A stretch of 62,892 nt of DNA, filler included, from Octopus bimaculoides (Eukaryota): NCBI RefSeq assembly GCF_001194135.2. It is 5 parts of 4 records of this genome, joined end to end, with 100 filler letters (N's around TTAATTAATTAA, not from the genome) between each part and the next. Parts side by side here need not be neighbours in the genome. Positions count along the whole stretch, not along the records: positions 11,854 to 30,416 come from NC_068994.1; positions 30,517 to 32,652 come from NC_069002.1; positions 32,753 to 59,369 come from NC_068983.1; 2 more parts are not named here. One strand, given 5' to 3'. The first letter of the stretch is position 1, and the number at the start of each line of letters is the position of its first letter. Of this stretch, positions 23,590 through 35,524 are shown in pieces. A model generated the notes under the pieces. That model worked only from the letters and a program-made list of their open reading frames with translations, had not been told where the DNA came from and did no database searches. The position numbers were made by a program, and so were the translations under genes.

Positions 23590-25452
23590 TATGTGAATGG
23601 ACGCAAGCATTTTCCATACAATATATAGGTGTTGGTATAGTCAAATGTTGAAGAAATTTATTTCACAAGTACGTTGCTCTGGGTTCATTTTCACAAGGAA
23701 GCGCTTTGAGCAAGCAAATCATTATACGTCTCACCATCAAAAAGCGACGAAGAAGATAGAAGTGATGTTTGGAAATAGCAAAAAGAGAACGCTCAGTTGC
23801 AAACTTATCACCCTCAAACAGGAGCTAAAAGCTGTCAGTAAGAAACTCCGCCATCAGAGGAGAATGATCGGTAGGAAAACAATTAACAGACGATTTAATT
23901 GGAACCAAGTAGCAGTGTACAGTGACATGAGAGGAGAAGCAGTATATATCATAGAAGCTCCTTCACGGGAAGACAGATTCCTTCTGGAGGAAAATTTGGA
24001 GCGACGGGATGCAGTTTAACCGAGATGCACTGTGGCTGGAAGAAATTCTAAGTAATTATTGTCCCTGTATTACGCCCAAAACATACAATATCAATGGAGG
24101 TACTCTTGTGAATGTCATCTGAAAACATCAGGATGGAAAAGCATCTAGATGAGACTTGATTGCCGGGTACTGATATACGAAGCTAACCTTCTACCGACCG
24201 TATCTTAACAATCTGTATCAGCAAGTACTAGCATACCACACTGGTTAGACAAAACCGGCCAATTGCATACCAGAACACGGTGTATAGAATATATACAGTA
24301 TATTAAAACCTCTTCCTCCAAGATCATTGTGAAAATAATAACCTCATCACAGCAGAAGAGAGGATGTGCCGAACAACTGTTGATAAAGAAAACTATCAGA
24401 GTTGCGGGAACACAGGAAAGCCTTTGACTCTGTCCCCCATTCATAGATGTTAGAAGCCCTTTGACTTGCTAAAGTTCCAGTTAAACATTGTCAAAGCCAT
24501 AGCTGTCCTGACTTCGTCGTGAGGCACCATTTTGAAATTGAATACAAGGAGTGACTATATTACCGCTGATACAATACAGTATTGCAGTGGTATATTCTAA
24601 GAGGACAATCCTTCTGTGATGCTGTCCATGCTTTCAATAAAACCCCTGTCTGTAATGTTGAGGAAGTCTGAAGGGTGTCTTACTAGTTCACAAGGAGGCA
24701 GAAATACCAAAATTACTCACTGCTTCTTGGCGGATGACTTCGAGGACTAAGAAATAAAGAACCCACAGTATAGTGGAAACCATAGCTACTCATAATAAAA
24801 AGGAGTACTGATGGAATGGCCCAGTGAGAACCCTCAATAAAATGTAAACACAATAGACCTGGCATAATGATTTGGGATAGAGAAGACGAACTGTGTAGAG
24901 TTGTGGAAATCAGCTGCCCAGTAGATGTTAACATAGAGCTACAGATCAGCGAGAAAGAGAACACCTACGCTGAACTATTGAGAAACTTGCAGTTACTCTA
25001 TCCAAATTACAAGTTCAGGTTTATACCTGTAATTATTGGAGCACTGGGATATGTAACACACTGCCTAAATACCAATCATGAGAAATTAGGCTTTTCAAAA
25101 CCAGAAAGGAGAGAGTTGATTCGAAGATTACAGATTCAATCCATCACTGGAACTATAAAAAATCTGTAAAACTTTCCAGACGTTTATCATTTAAGTATAT
25201 ATGAACATGACTAGACATGCAACTATATGAATGAGAATACATACATAAAACAAAACATACAAACCTGCACACATACATACATACAAATCTGCACATATAC
25301 ACACACATACATACATACATACATACATACATACATACAAAAATACCCTGTTGATGTTGAAATTTCAATGAAAGACCCTTGGATCTAGGTTAGAAACTGA
25401 CTCTTCTTCTATTGACAAGTAATCTTGAAATAAAACTGAATAAAACTGAATG
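23590..25452 (+). mobile_element. R4-clade retrotransposon family R4-B, copy 1; decayed and internally deleted
   Basis: Pre-RT LKQELKAVSKKLRH...FNWNQVAVY; RT RPIAYQNTVY, KAFDSVPH and ITHCFLADD; RLE RPGIMIWDRE..VVEISCPVD..EKENTY and FIPVIIGALGYVT; 3' UTR with internal (ATAC)n; ends in (ATAC)n. Confidence 0.9.
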
Positions 25453-25559
25453 GCATACATACATACGTACATACAAACATACATACATGCATGCATACAT
25501 ACATACATACATACATCCATACATGCATGCATGCATGCATGCATACATACATACATACA

Positions 25560-25593
<34 letters not shown>

Positions 25594-26238
25594 AATAAAA
25601 CTGAACAATGACATACATACAGCTAACATGCACATACAAATACAACCTTTAAGCGGAACTGTGAAAACATGCAAGACGTTTCTCATCTTCACTTTGGGAC
25701 GTTTTGTTATTTACATTTCAACGTTGGTGCTTTGTATCTCTTAGAAACCAACCCCTTCCTTTAAGGAAGATTTCAAATAATTAAGAATAAGAGAACATAC
25801 ATGCATACATACGTAAATACCTATGTATATACATACATATAAATATGTTGACCATCAATTAATTAAGCAGTATTTAATTATCTTCGTTAAGTTAGTTGAA
25901 GAATTGGGAGATTACAAGAATCTGAGGTTAAAGCGTTAACAAGCTTTCGTTTGATCGCCCCAGGTCCTAAACTGGTAGTTCGTAGATAGATGTTATTGTT
26001 GTTGCTATAGTTGTTATTATTATTTGTTGTTCAGCCTTCAGCCACAAATCAATCTTGATTGAACAGACTTGTGATCAAAAGCACTGAAGCTCTTTTATTC
26101 AAACGTAACGTATCTAGGATTACAATAAGCGATATATCCTTTCAGTTTTAGACAATAGAGCGTGATTTGATGCAGTTTTAGCTGCTATTTCTAGAAGATA
26201 CAACAACCGCGCAGAGGCGCCTTTTATGAAATAACCGC

Positions 26239-26258
26239 AACCCTAACCCTAACCCTAA
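26239..26258. repeat. Three telomere-type (CCCTAA) units
   Basis: AACCCTAACCCTAACCCTAA. Confidence 0.8.
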
Positions 26259-26410
26259 TATTCTTGAGAACCCCTGTCTTAGAGGAAGGGACTCGATCAG
26301 GTAGATTTTCTCAAGATACGTGACATGGGCACAGAAATTTCCTATGATGCCCCAATCACTCAATGAGTTATGGCACGCCCATCCATTTTCCTGATTGTAT
26401 GCATGTATTT

Positions 26411-27398
26411 GGAGGGTAGCGAGCTGGCGGAATTGTTAACGCGTCGGACAAAATGTCCAGTGACATATCTTCCTGGCTCTGAGTTCAAATCCCGCCGAGA
26501 TCAACTTTACTTTTCATCCCTTTCGAGGTCTAAAAAATAAAGCACCAGTCAAATACTGGAGCTGATGTTATCGACTTGTTCTCTTCCATCAAACATTGCT
26601 GGCTTTGAAACTGGTTTTGATTCCCCGTTCAAGAGCAATGTTGCGATCTCGGCCACTTATTCTCCATAGAAAGCGGGTAACCGATCCTATGAATTCTAAG
26701 GCTCAGGAAAAAAAAAAAAAAATGAATGGGTATATATGTCTTCGTATATTCTTGTATGTATGTGCGCCAAGATGTGTATGTGAGTGTATTACGTCGTTCT
26801 GCATGCTTGTATGCATGTGTGTTTATATGTATGTGCGTACATATGTCTTTTGTGTATGCTTGCATGCAAGTGTATAAGAATGAGTGTATGTGCGCATATG
26901 TGTGTATGTTAGTATATACGTGTTCACGAATGAGCTTAGTACCGATCTGCCCTTCCGCTGGTAGTGTTAATATTTATGTAAGGCGGTGAGCTGGGAGAAT
27001 CGTTAGGGCGCCGGGCGAAATTTTTAGCACTTTTTCGCCCGTCTTTATGTTCTGAGTTCAAATTCCGCTGAGGTTGACTTTGTCTTTCATCTTTTCGGGG
27101 TCGACAAAGTAAGTACCAGTTGAGCACTGTGGTCAATGTGATCGACTTACTCTCTCCCACCATATTACTGGCTTTGTCCCAAAAATTCGAAACCTAATGT
27201 AAAGGCGGCGAACTGGTAGAATCGTTGCCATACCGGACAAAATGTTTAGCGGCATTTCGTCTGTCTTTACGTTCTGAGTTCAAATTCTCTATCAAAGTCC
27301 ACTTCCCCTTTCACCCTTTCGGGGTCGATAAGATAAGTACCTGTTGGGCACTGGGATGTATCCGAAATTGCTGACGTCGTGCCAGAATTAGGAACTAA
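26411..27398 (+). mobile_element. Three SINE-B copies (26411-26610, 26979-27198, 27200-27398); the last two are head-to-tail
   Basis: GGCG.CGAGCTGG.AGAAT heads, TCTGAGTTCAAAT B boxes and Nin-like blocks. Confidence 0.85.
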
Positions 27399-29168
27399 TA
27401 TTTACGTGCATGTATGCACATACATGTAAGTATATGTTTATTAGTATATGCATGTGTATACGTATGCACATTTCAATGCTTGTGTATGTATATATGTATG
27501 TATGTATGCATGCATGTATGTATGTATGTATGTATGTATGTATGCATGCATGTATATATGTATGTATGTACGTACGCATGTATGTATGTATGCATGTATG
27601 TATATCTCTCCATATATGTATATGCCCTGCGCGTGTGTTTGTAATTTGTATGCGTGTATTTACTGTGCGTGCGCATTTAGATGTATGCTTAAGTGTATGC
27701 ATGAATGTGTAAGTATATGTGAAAATATGTATGTGTACATGTATGACTAATGTGCATGTATTCATGCATACAGTGTCTTTGTGTGTATGTGTATGTGTGT
27801 GTGTTTGTGTGTNNNNNNNNNNNNNNNNNNNNNNNNNNNNNNNNNNNNNNNNNNNNNNNNNNNNNNNNNNNNNNNNNNNNNNNNNNNNNNNNNNNNNNNN
27901 NNNNNNNNNNNNNNNNNNNNNNNNNNNNNNNNNNNNNNNNNNNNNNNNNNNNNNNNNNNNNNNNNNNNNNNNNNNNNNNNNNNNNNNNNNNNNNNNNNNN
28001 NNNNNNNNNNNNNNNNNNNNNNNNNNNNNNNNNNNNNNNNNNNNNNNNNNNNNNNNNNNNNNNNNNNNNNNNNNNNNNNNNNNNNNNNNNNNNNNNNNNN
28101 NNNNNNNNNNNNNNNNNNNNNNNNNNNNNNNNNNNNNNNNNNNNNNNNNNNNNNNNNNNNNNNNNNNNNNNNNNNNNNNNNNNNNNNNNNNNNNNNNNNN
28201 NNNNNNNNNNNNNNNNNNNNNNNNNNNNNNNNNNNNNNNNNNNNNNNNNNNNNNNNNNNNNNNNNNNNNNNNNNNNNNNNNNNNNNNNNNNNNNNNNNNN
28301 NNNNNNNNNNNNNNNNNNNNNNNNNNNNNNNNNNNNNNNNNNNNNNNNNNNNNNNNNNNNNNNNNNNNNNNNNNNNNNNNNNNNNNNNNNNNNNNNNNNN
28401 NNNNNNNNNCACCACCACCACCACCACCACCACCACCGCCGCCGCTGAAGTTAAAATGGTAGATTTGTGCATTGACCATTTGAAAGCCATCCTGTCACAC
28501 AAAGTTAATTAATAATTTTTGCTGACCCATTCTCCTTTGTTGTAGGATGGGTACCATGAAGAGCCATCAGATTCAGTTTGCTGTTGTTATTGATACAAGA
28601 CGGCAACAGTGATGTAGCGTACATCTGCTAGGAATAACAGAGAATAATACTCTCAAATCACACTCATCCATGCATCCCTCCTATTCCTCTTCTGTGTTCA
28701 CTATTCCTAGGACGATCGTTGGAATAAAGTCTGCAGGCACCTCCTCCATAGGGGCTTATCAGAAATAAGCGTCATTAGACTTTCCTGCTGCATTCCCAAT
28801 CATAACCAGCATAATCAATGGATATTATCCAACCAAATCGTCCTTGATCTACTCCTACGTCTTCTAATTGTTTGCCTCGGTTTCAAGAATCTATCTTGCG
28901 ACCCGTTACTTCGACATTCCAATCACATAGCCATCGTGCCGGAGATGTAATCTCTCTACACAGAGAAGTAGCGGTTCGACCTGGAGCGACTCAAATCACA
29001 TCACAGTCTTAAATAAGGAGAAGACATACTGTATAATGAAGTCCTACATATTCCTAAAAAAGACAGGGTAAATCAGGGTTGGAATTCTTGTGATTATAGG
29101 TCAACATAATCGGGATTGACCTGGGGGTAACCAGCAGCAGCAGCAGCAGCAGCACCACCACCACCACC

Positions 29169-29218
<50 letters not shown>

Positions 29219-29364
29219 AACAGTTATCGTAAACTCAACGAATAGTCTGTTCCCACCAGGGTTAGTATGCGTAAATCCAATATTATATATATATATATAC
29301 AGATAAAACGTACTTGGAAGCGGATGCGTGGCGTTCAGTCATATAATAAAATAAATAATATATA

Positions 29365-30324
29365 CACAGAATGCAGGAAGTAAATAGACACCTTTAATTT
29401 TCAAAATTTATGATCTAAGCGTCTTAATATGTTTTCAGCGGTGTAGAATTTACAATGTAAATATTCTTTTTCATTCCAGGTGCCGTTATATTAAACATTT
29501 GCGAAGAGTAACCATGCCACGCACAAAAAATTCTGCAGAACTGTCAGATTTTCAAAGAGGTCGTATTGTTGGGCAATCTGAGGCTGGTCTTAGTCACCAA
29601 AAAATTGCTGAAAGTCTTCAAATTCCTCTTGCTACTGGTAATAGAATTATAATGCAATTCAAAAGCCAAAGAAAAGAATCAACAGATTCTCGTCCCGGCC
29701 GACCTGGGCCCTCGGAAAGGAAGCTTTGCTGTTTGAAGAGAATTGTGGAAATCTCTGTATCTCTGTAATGGTATCTCTGTAATGGTATGGGGAGCTGTCA
29801 CCAGTAATGGTCGTTCTCAGCTGATCGAATGTGTTGGAACCATAAACTCTGAAAAATACATCGAAATACTTAAGCAAGGATTACTTCCGATGTATACACA
29901 CGATGACATAGCGAAAAATGAGATTTTATTCATGCCACACAGCGAAAAGGAATCAACAATGGCTGACTGAAAATGGGATGAAAAAGCTTCCTTGGCCGAG
30001 CCAATCTCCTGACATGAATCCAATTGAAAATCTTTGGAGCATTCTAGATAGAGCTATACGAAAAACTCGACAGAAACCTAAATCTAAAGCTGAATTGTTT
30101 CAATTGTTGCGTGAAAAGTGGGCAGAAATTCCACAAGAGACAATCACAAAGCTCATCAGTTCAATGCGCAAAAGAGTTTCTGAATTAAAAACTGCAAAGG
30201 GAATGTCAACTAAATACTAAAGTATGTAGTCCTACCTATCGATTACATTTCAATTGTTCGCTTTGCGTATTAAATAAAAGGTTTTGAAAATTAAATGTGT
30301 CTATTTACTTCCTGCATGTCTGTG
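29365..30324 (+). mobile_element. Tc1-family DNA transposon, internally deleted, with TIRs and TA flanks intact
   Basis: ~43-bp TIRs CACAGA(C)ATGCAGGAAGTAAATAGACAC.TTTAATTTTCAAAA, TA on both sides. [20 protein letters not shown]...RPGRP; catalytic remnant VMVWG...WPSQSPDMNPIENLW...GMSTKY*. The first two catalytic Asp regions are missing. Confidence 0.92.
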
Positions 30325-30371
30325 TATATATGCATATATACATACGTATATGTACATACTTACATCTATGA

Positions 30372-30416
<45 letters not shown>

Positions 30417-30516
30417 NNNNNNNNNNNNNNNNNNNNNNNNNNNNNNNNNNNNNNNNNNNNTTAATTAATTAANNNNNNNNNNNNNNNNNNNNNNNNNNNN
30501 NNNNNNNNNNNNNNNN
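30417..30516. other. Artificial 100-nt scaffold spacer
   Basis: N44-TTAATTAATTAA-N44. Confidence 0.9.
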
Positions 30517-30559
30517 AAAGTCACATGGAAATAAATGCAATACAATTAATATATATATA

Positions 30560-30701
30560 TACGCTCTCTTTTACGTGTTTCAGTCATTTGACTGCGGCCA
30601 TTCTGCAGCACCGCCTTTAGTCAAAGCAAATGGATCCCAGAAGTTATTCTTTGTAGCCCTACTACTTATTTTATCGGTTGGTTTTGCTGAACCGCTAGAT
30701 G

Positions 30702-30763
<62 letters not shown>

Positions 30764-31750
30764 TTTTTTCCTTCATAATTTCAGACTCTTCGCGGTCTCA
30801 GTCAAAGTACTGTCCGGTTTGAACTCTGTTATTCATCTTTACCATTCGCATGAATAAAGTATCGATTAAGTATTTGCGTCAAAGACATCGACTAATTCCA
30901 TCTCGTGATAATTATTACTGGCCTTGTGCCGAAATTTGTACCGAACATGTAATATTTGTTGTTGAATGTTACGTGTACTTCTCTCTTTCTCTCTCTCTCT
31001 TGCTCTATATATATATATATATATATNNNNNNNNNNNNNNNNNNNNNNNNNNNNNNNNNNNNNNNNNNNNNNNNNNNNNNNNNNNNNNNNNNNNNNNNNN
31101 NNNNNNNNNNNNNNNNNNNNNNNNNNNNNNNNNNNNNNNNNNNNNNNNNNNNNNNNNNNNNNNNNNNNNNNNNNNNNNNNNNNNNNNNNNNNNNNNNNNN
31201 NNNNNNNNNNNNNNNNNNNNNNNNNNNNNNNNNNNNNNNNNNNNNNNNNNNNNNNNNNNNNNNNNNNNNNNNNNNNNNNNNNNNNNNNNNNNNNNNNNNN
31301 NNNNNNNNNNNNNNNNNNNNNNNNNNNNNNNNNNNNNNNNNNNNNNNNNNNNNNNNNNNNNNNNNNNNNNNNNNNNNNNNNNNNNNNNNNNNNNNNNNNN
31401 NNNNNNNNNNNNNNNNNNNNNNNNNNNNNNNNNNNNNNNNNNNNNNNNNNNNNNNNNNNNNNNNNNNNNNNNNNNNNNNNNNNNNNNNNNNNNNNNNNNN
31501 NNNNNNNNNNNNNNNNNNNNNNNNNNNNNNNNNNNNNNNNNNNNNNNNNNNNNNNNNNNNNNNNNNNNNNNNNNNNNNNNNNNNNNNNNNNNNNNNNNNN
31601 NNNNNNNNNNNNNNNNNNNNNNNNNNNNNNNNNNNNNNNNNNNNNNNNNNNNNNNNNNNNNNNNNNNNNNNNNNNNNNNNNNNNNNNNNNNNNNNNNNNN
31701 NNNNNNNNNNNNNNNNNNNNNATCTGAATGTATATATATATATATGCGTG

Positions 31751-31788
<38 letters not shown>

Positions 31789-31912
31789 TATATATATATA
31801 TCTACGACGAGCTTTTCTCATTTTCTGTCTACTAAATCCACTCACAAGACTTTGGTCGGCCCGACGCTATAGTAGAAGACATTTGCCCAAGATGCTACGC
31901 AGAGGGACTGAA
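30560..31912 (-). mobile_element. SINE-A pieces (3' part 30560-30697, 5' part ~31795-31912) with a decayed SINE-B-like tail, (AGT)n and a gap between
   Basis: GTTTCAGTCATTTGACTGCGGCCA at left. TACGACGAGCTT...AAATCCACTCACAAG...GTAGAAGACA.TTGCCCAAG at right. Confidence 0.65.
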
Positions 31913-32598
31913 ATTATGATTTATCAATAGTGAAGGCCTCCTAGTATGAGTTTTCCCTGTCATAGTTATGCACCACGAGTACATATCAGAGGCCCTCTCG
32001 AGGTAAACAACGCAGTATTCTGCGATCTAATGCATCATTAAGTTGAAGATGAACATTACCTTTTTGTATTAATAGTGTTTCTGTCGCTAGTAGTTGTTTT
32101 CTAACAAGCTCACTGGCTATTTACGACATCAGTGCTCCAACAGACTTCGAAATCCTACATACTAGGAGCTCGAAGCTTTGGCTCAACCGATGTTATTATC
32201 GGTCGACTGATACACGCAGGAGCCCAAACGCGGCGAAATTACATGATTTAGATGTACGACATGACTTAGGATAGGTTTCTTGACTGTCTAGGATATAAGT
32301 ACGAGTGTTTTATGCACCGCGAGTCCGTATGAGAGGTTCTCTCTTTTCTAACACCACATCCTCGAGCATTTGGAGATAAAGATTGCCTTATCATCTATAT
32401 ATCTGAGTGTGTATGTGTGTGTGTTTATGTGTGTGCGCGCGCATGTATCTGCGTGTGTCTGTGTGTGAGTAACTTTCGCAAATATTTGAGAGAAACCTGG
32501 GTGCACAAACACACATATACACACATATATAGGTATACATGCATACACATATATATACATTAAGATAAATACACATAAACACGCGCACACACACACAC

Positions 32599-32652
<54 letters not shown>

Positions 32653-32752
32653 NNNNNNNNNNNNNNNNNNNNNNNNNNNNNNNNNNNNNNNNNNNNTTAA
32701 TTAATTAANNNNNNNNNNNNNNNNNNNNNNNNNNNNNNNNNNNNNNNNNNNN
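32653..32752. other. Artificial 100-nt scaffold spacer
   Basis: N44-TTAATTAATTAA-N44. Confidence 0.9.
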
Positions 32753-33151
32753 TACATGACTTTCTTCTTTTGCACTTATTGTCCGTGAATGTTGTATTTT
32801 TTAATGTGTATTTTCTATAGAATTACTATTTAAAAAAAAATTCCTATTTTTGTTATTATATGTTAGATTAGTACGTGCAAAATACCTACATGAAATTATA
32901 TGTATATGTATATGTATGTATAAATGTGTGTGTGTATGCGTGTGTATATGTGTGCATGTGTGTGTGTGTGTGCGCGAGCGCATGTGTGTATGTATGTATG
33001 TATGTGTGTGTGTGTGTATGTGTGTGTGTATGAATAGATAGGCGTTATAGTGAGAATGCTAAAGTGAAGATATCAACTGGCATGTATTAGTATATGTCCG
33101 CGTTTGCAGGACTTAATGTTACTATCCATCCATCCATCCATCCATCCATCA

Positions 33152-33209
<58 letters not shown>

Positions 33210-33254
33210 TTGTCTGTCTGTCTGTCTGTCCGTTTGTCTATCTATCGATCTATA

Positions 33255-33307
<53 letters not shown>

Positions 33308-33374
33308 TATGTTGTCGTTGTCAAAAATGGCGTATCATAATAATTGGATAAACCGTTGATAAATGTTAACAATA

Positions 33375-33765
33375 GAGTAAATAATTTGACAGGTTCACTG
33401 CTTCGTTTAGGGCAAGAATTTTCTCAGAAAAGATTGCGACATCTATCTGTTGACATGTGATTTTTTCCGGGTCTTGATTATTGCGCCTGAAGGTTTTCCT
33501 TCGCCATTTTGTTGGTTAGGATAAGCATATTGTTGGGGACTGTAATCAGCCGGTTGTGCTGTGCCTTATTTGGAACGTGCTTGTACTACTTCATGTCTGT
33601 TTTCACATTGAAGTTCTGCATATTGTCCAGTGGATATAGCTGCCAGCTCGATTATATCTGGTGTATATATATTCGGAATTGGTAAGGACTGGGTAACCGG
33701 TGAAGATGCGGTAAAACCAACTCATTGTGCTGGCTGCACATTGTGCATCTAGTGTTGAATTTAGC
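33375..33765 (-). mobile_element. Old R4-clade relic (zinc-knuckle to RLE region)
   Basis: Minus strand RIFTGYPVLTNSEYIYTRYNRAGSYIHWTICR and TCQQIDVAI, compared with H..SGCP.LA..EY..RH....IHW and IDV.IP. Confidence 0.7.
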
Positions 33766-33794
33766 TAATTAATTTCAAGTCACTCCTTACCTCT

Positions 33795-34156
33795 TTTCTC
33801 TACGGTTAGAAGAAGAAAAAAGGAGGAGAAAGAGGTAAAAAAAAAGAGGAGAAAAAGAAGAAGGGGGAGGAGAAGAAGATGAAGAAAAGGAGAGGAGGAG
33901 GAGAGAAGATGAAGAAGAAGGAGGAAGAGAAGAAGAAGCGGAGGAGGAGAAGGAGGAGGAGAAGGAGGAAGAGGACAGGAAGAAGGAGGAATAGGTGTGG
34001 GAGAGAAGAAAAAGAAGGTTGAGGAGGAGAAGAAGAAGGAAGAGGAGAAGGAGAAGCAAGAGAAAAGAAAAAGAAGAAAGAGGAGGAGAAGGACAAGAAG
34101 GAGGAGGAGAAAAAGAAAAAAAGGAAGATGAAGAAGAAGGAGAAGAAGAAGAAGAA

Positions 34157-34187
<31 letters not shown>

Positions 34188-34208
34188 TAGAAGAAGAAGA
34201 AGAAGAAA
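33795..34208 (+). repeat. ~410-bp polypurine (GAA/GGA)n tract
   Basis: Almost exclusively A/G on the plus strand. Confidence 0.95.
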
Positions 34209-34274
34209 CGAATTTAAGACGAGTAAAAGAAAAGTATATAAACAAATTCAACATGATTTCATGTCCCAAGTTTT

Positions 34275-34322
34275 GTCGTGCTGACGAGTCCATAAAGAAG
34301 ACGAAATCATGCTATTCACGAC
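34275..34322 (+). ncRNA. Candidate minimal type I hammerhead ribozyme
   Basis: Stem I GTCGTG/CACGAC; CTGACGA; stem II GTC-cataaagaa-GAC; GAAA; 2-bp stem III with a CATGCT loop; AUU triplet. Confidence 0.55.
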
Positions 34323-34790
34323 TACCAGCGACTTCAAGAAATTTATCTCGTGCAAATGAATCAAAAATATACAAGAATATGCTCTTCGATGTTTAATGTA
34401 ATTATAAATTCTTCAACGTGCTTAAAGCTTAAAGCTAGAAACATTCTCTTCCCTTCAGCGGCAGCAGCAATAACAGTTAGCCACGTGTGTGTCAGGGTCT
34501 GTTTTCATATTTTTAAGTCATTGTTGATTTTTCACTTTGGTTTACTTCTCTATTGATCTACATACAAACAATTCTCCCTTCACAAATAGATCAGTTTGGA
34601 AGATCATATCTGTTTAACTCAATGATTCGCATTAAGATTCATTCACTGTAATCGAAGGCTAATCGAATAGCAAGCTGTAATTAGGTAAAACTAGAATTAG
34701 GGGTGAATGACAGTATGATGTCAAAAGAGTTTCCATTAATGTTTTGATGCGTTGTTAGTCCCCACTCTCGCCACCATAATGTTCAGAATC

Positions 34791-35260
34791 TAGGTGCAGA
34801 AGTGGCTGTATGGTAAGAAGTTTGCTTCCCAACATGGTTCTATGTTCAGTCCCACTGCGCGGCACCTTGAACCGAGACTGAATGAAGCCCGTCGTATATA
34901 TATNNNNNNNNNNNNNNNNNNNNNNNNNNNNNNNNNNNNNNNNNNNNNNNNNNNNNNNNNNNNNNNNNNNNNNNNNNNNNNNNNNNNNNNNNNNNNNNNN
35001 NNNNNNNNNNNNNNNNNNNNNNNNNNNNNNNNNNNNNNNNNTATATATATATATATATATATGCATGTGATTTTGTGTTTGTTCCTCACCACCACTTGAC
35101 AACCGGTGCTGGTGTAGTTAAGTCCCTGCAACTTCGTGGTTCGGCAAAGAGACCGATAGAATAAGTACCAGGCTTAAAAACATAAAGTACTGGGGTCGAT
35201 TTATTCGACTAAAAATCCAAGGCAGAGTCTCAGCATGACCGCAATTTAATGACTGAAACT
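34791..35260 (+). mobile_element. SINE-A, both halves, with the central microsatellite as a gap
   Basis: Head GGTGCAGAAGTGGCTGTATGGTAAGAAG, GCCCGTCG(TA)n, gap, then body to GACTGAAAC. Confidence 0.85.
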
Positions 35261-35261
35261 A

Positions 35262-35524
35262 GTGGAGGCGCATGGCTCAGTGGTTAGGGTGTTGGACGCA
35301 TGGTCGTAAGATTGTAGTTTTGACTCCTTGACCGGGCGATGTGTAGTGTTCTTGAGCAAAACACTTCATTTCACGTTGCTCCAGTCCACTGAACTGGTAA
35401 AAATGAATAATCCTGCGACGGACCGGCATCCTGTCCAAGTGGGAAATATGTACGCCATGGAAACCAGGAAAGCGGCTCTTATGAGCGTGTATGACTCGAT
35501 GAGGTAACTTTACCTTTACTTTAT
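35262..35524 (+). mobile_element. tRNA + CORE-like + V-like SINE, near full length
   Basis: GGAGGCGCATGGCTCAGTGGTTAGGG head, GTGTTCTTGAGCAAAACACTT, CCTGCGACGGACCGGCATCCTGTCC, and an ACTTTACCTTTAC tail. Confidence 0.8.

Noticed and set aside
28520-28625. Good acceptor TTCTCCTTTGTTGTAG followed by coding-like sequence
   Set aside because: All three frames stop within ~25 codons, no clear donor follows, and the region resembles decayed repeats.
33787-34396. Glu/Lys/Arg-rich and Ser/Phe-rich ORFs (133, 168 and 96 aa)
   Set aside because: Translations of the polypurine tract; no splice or domain evidence.
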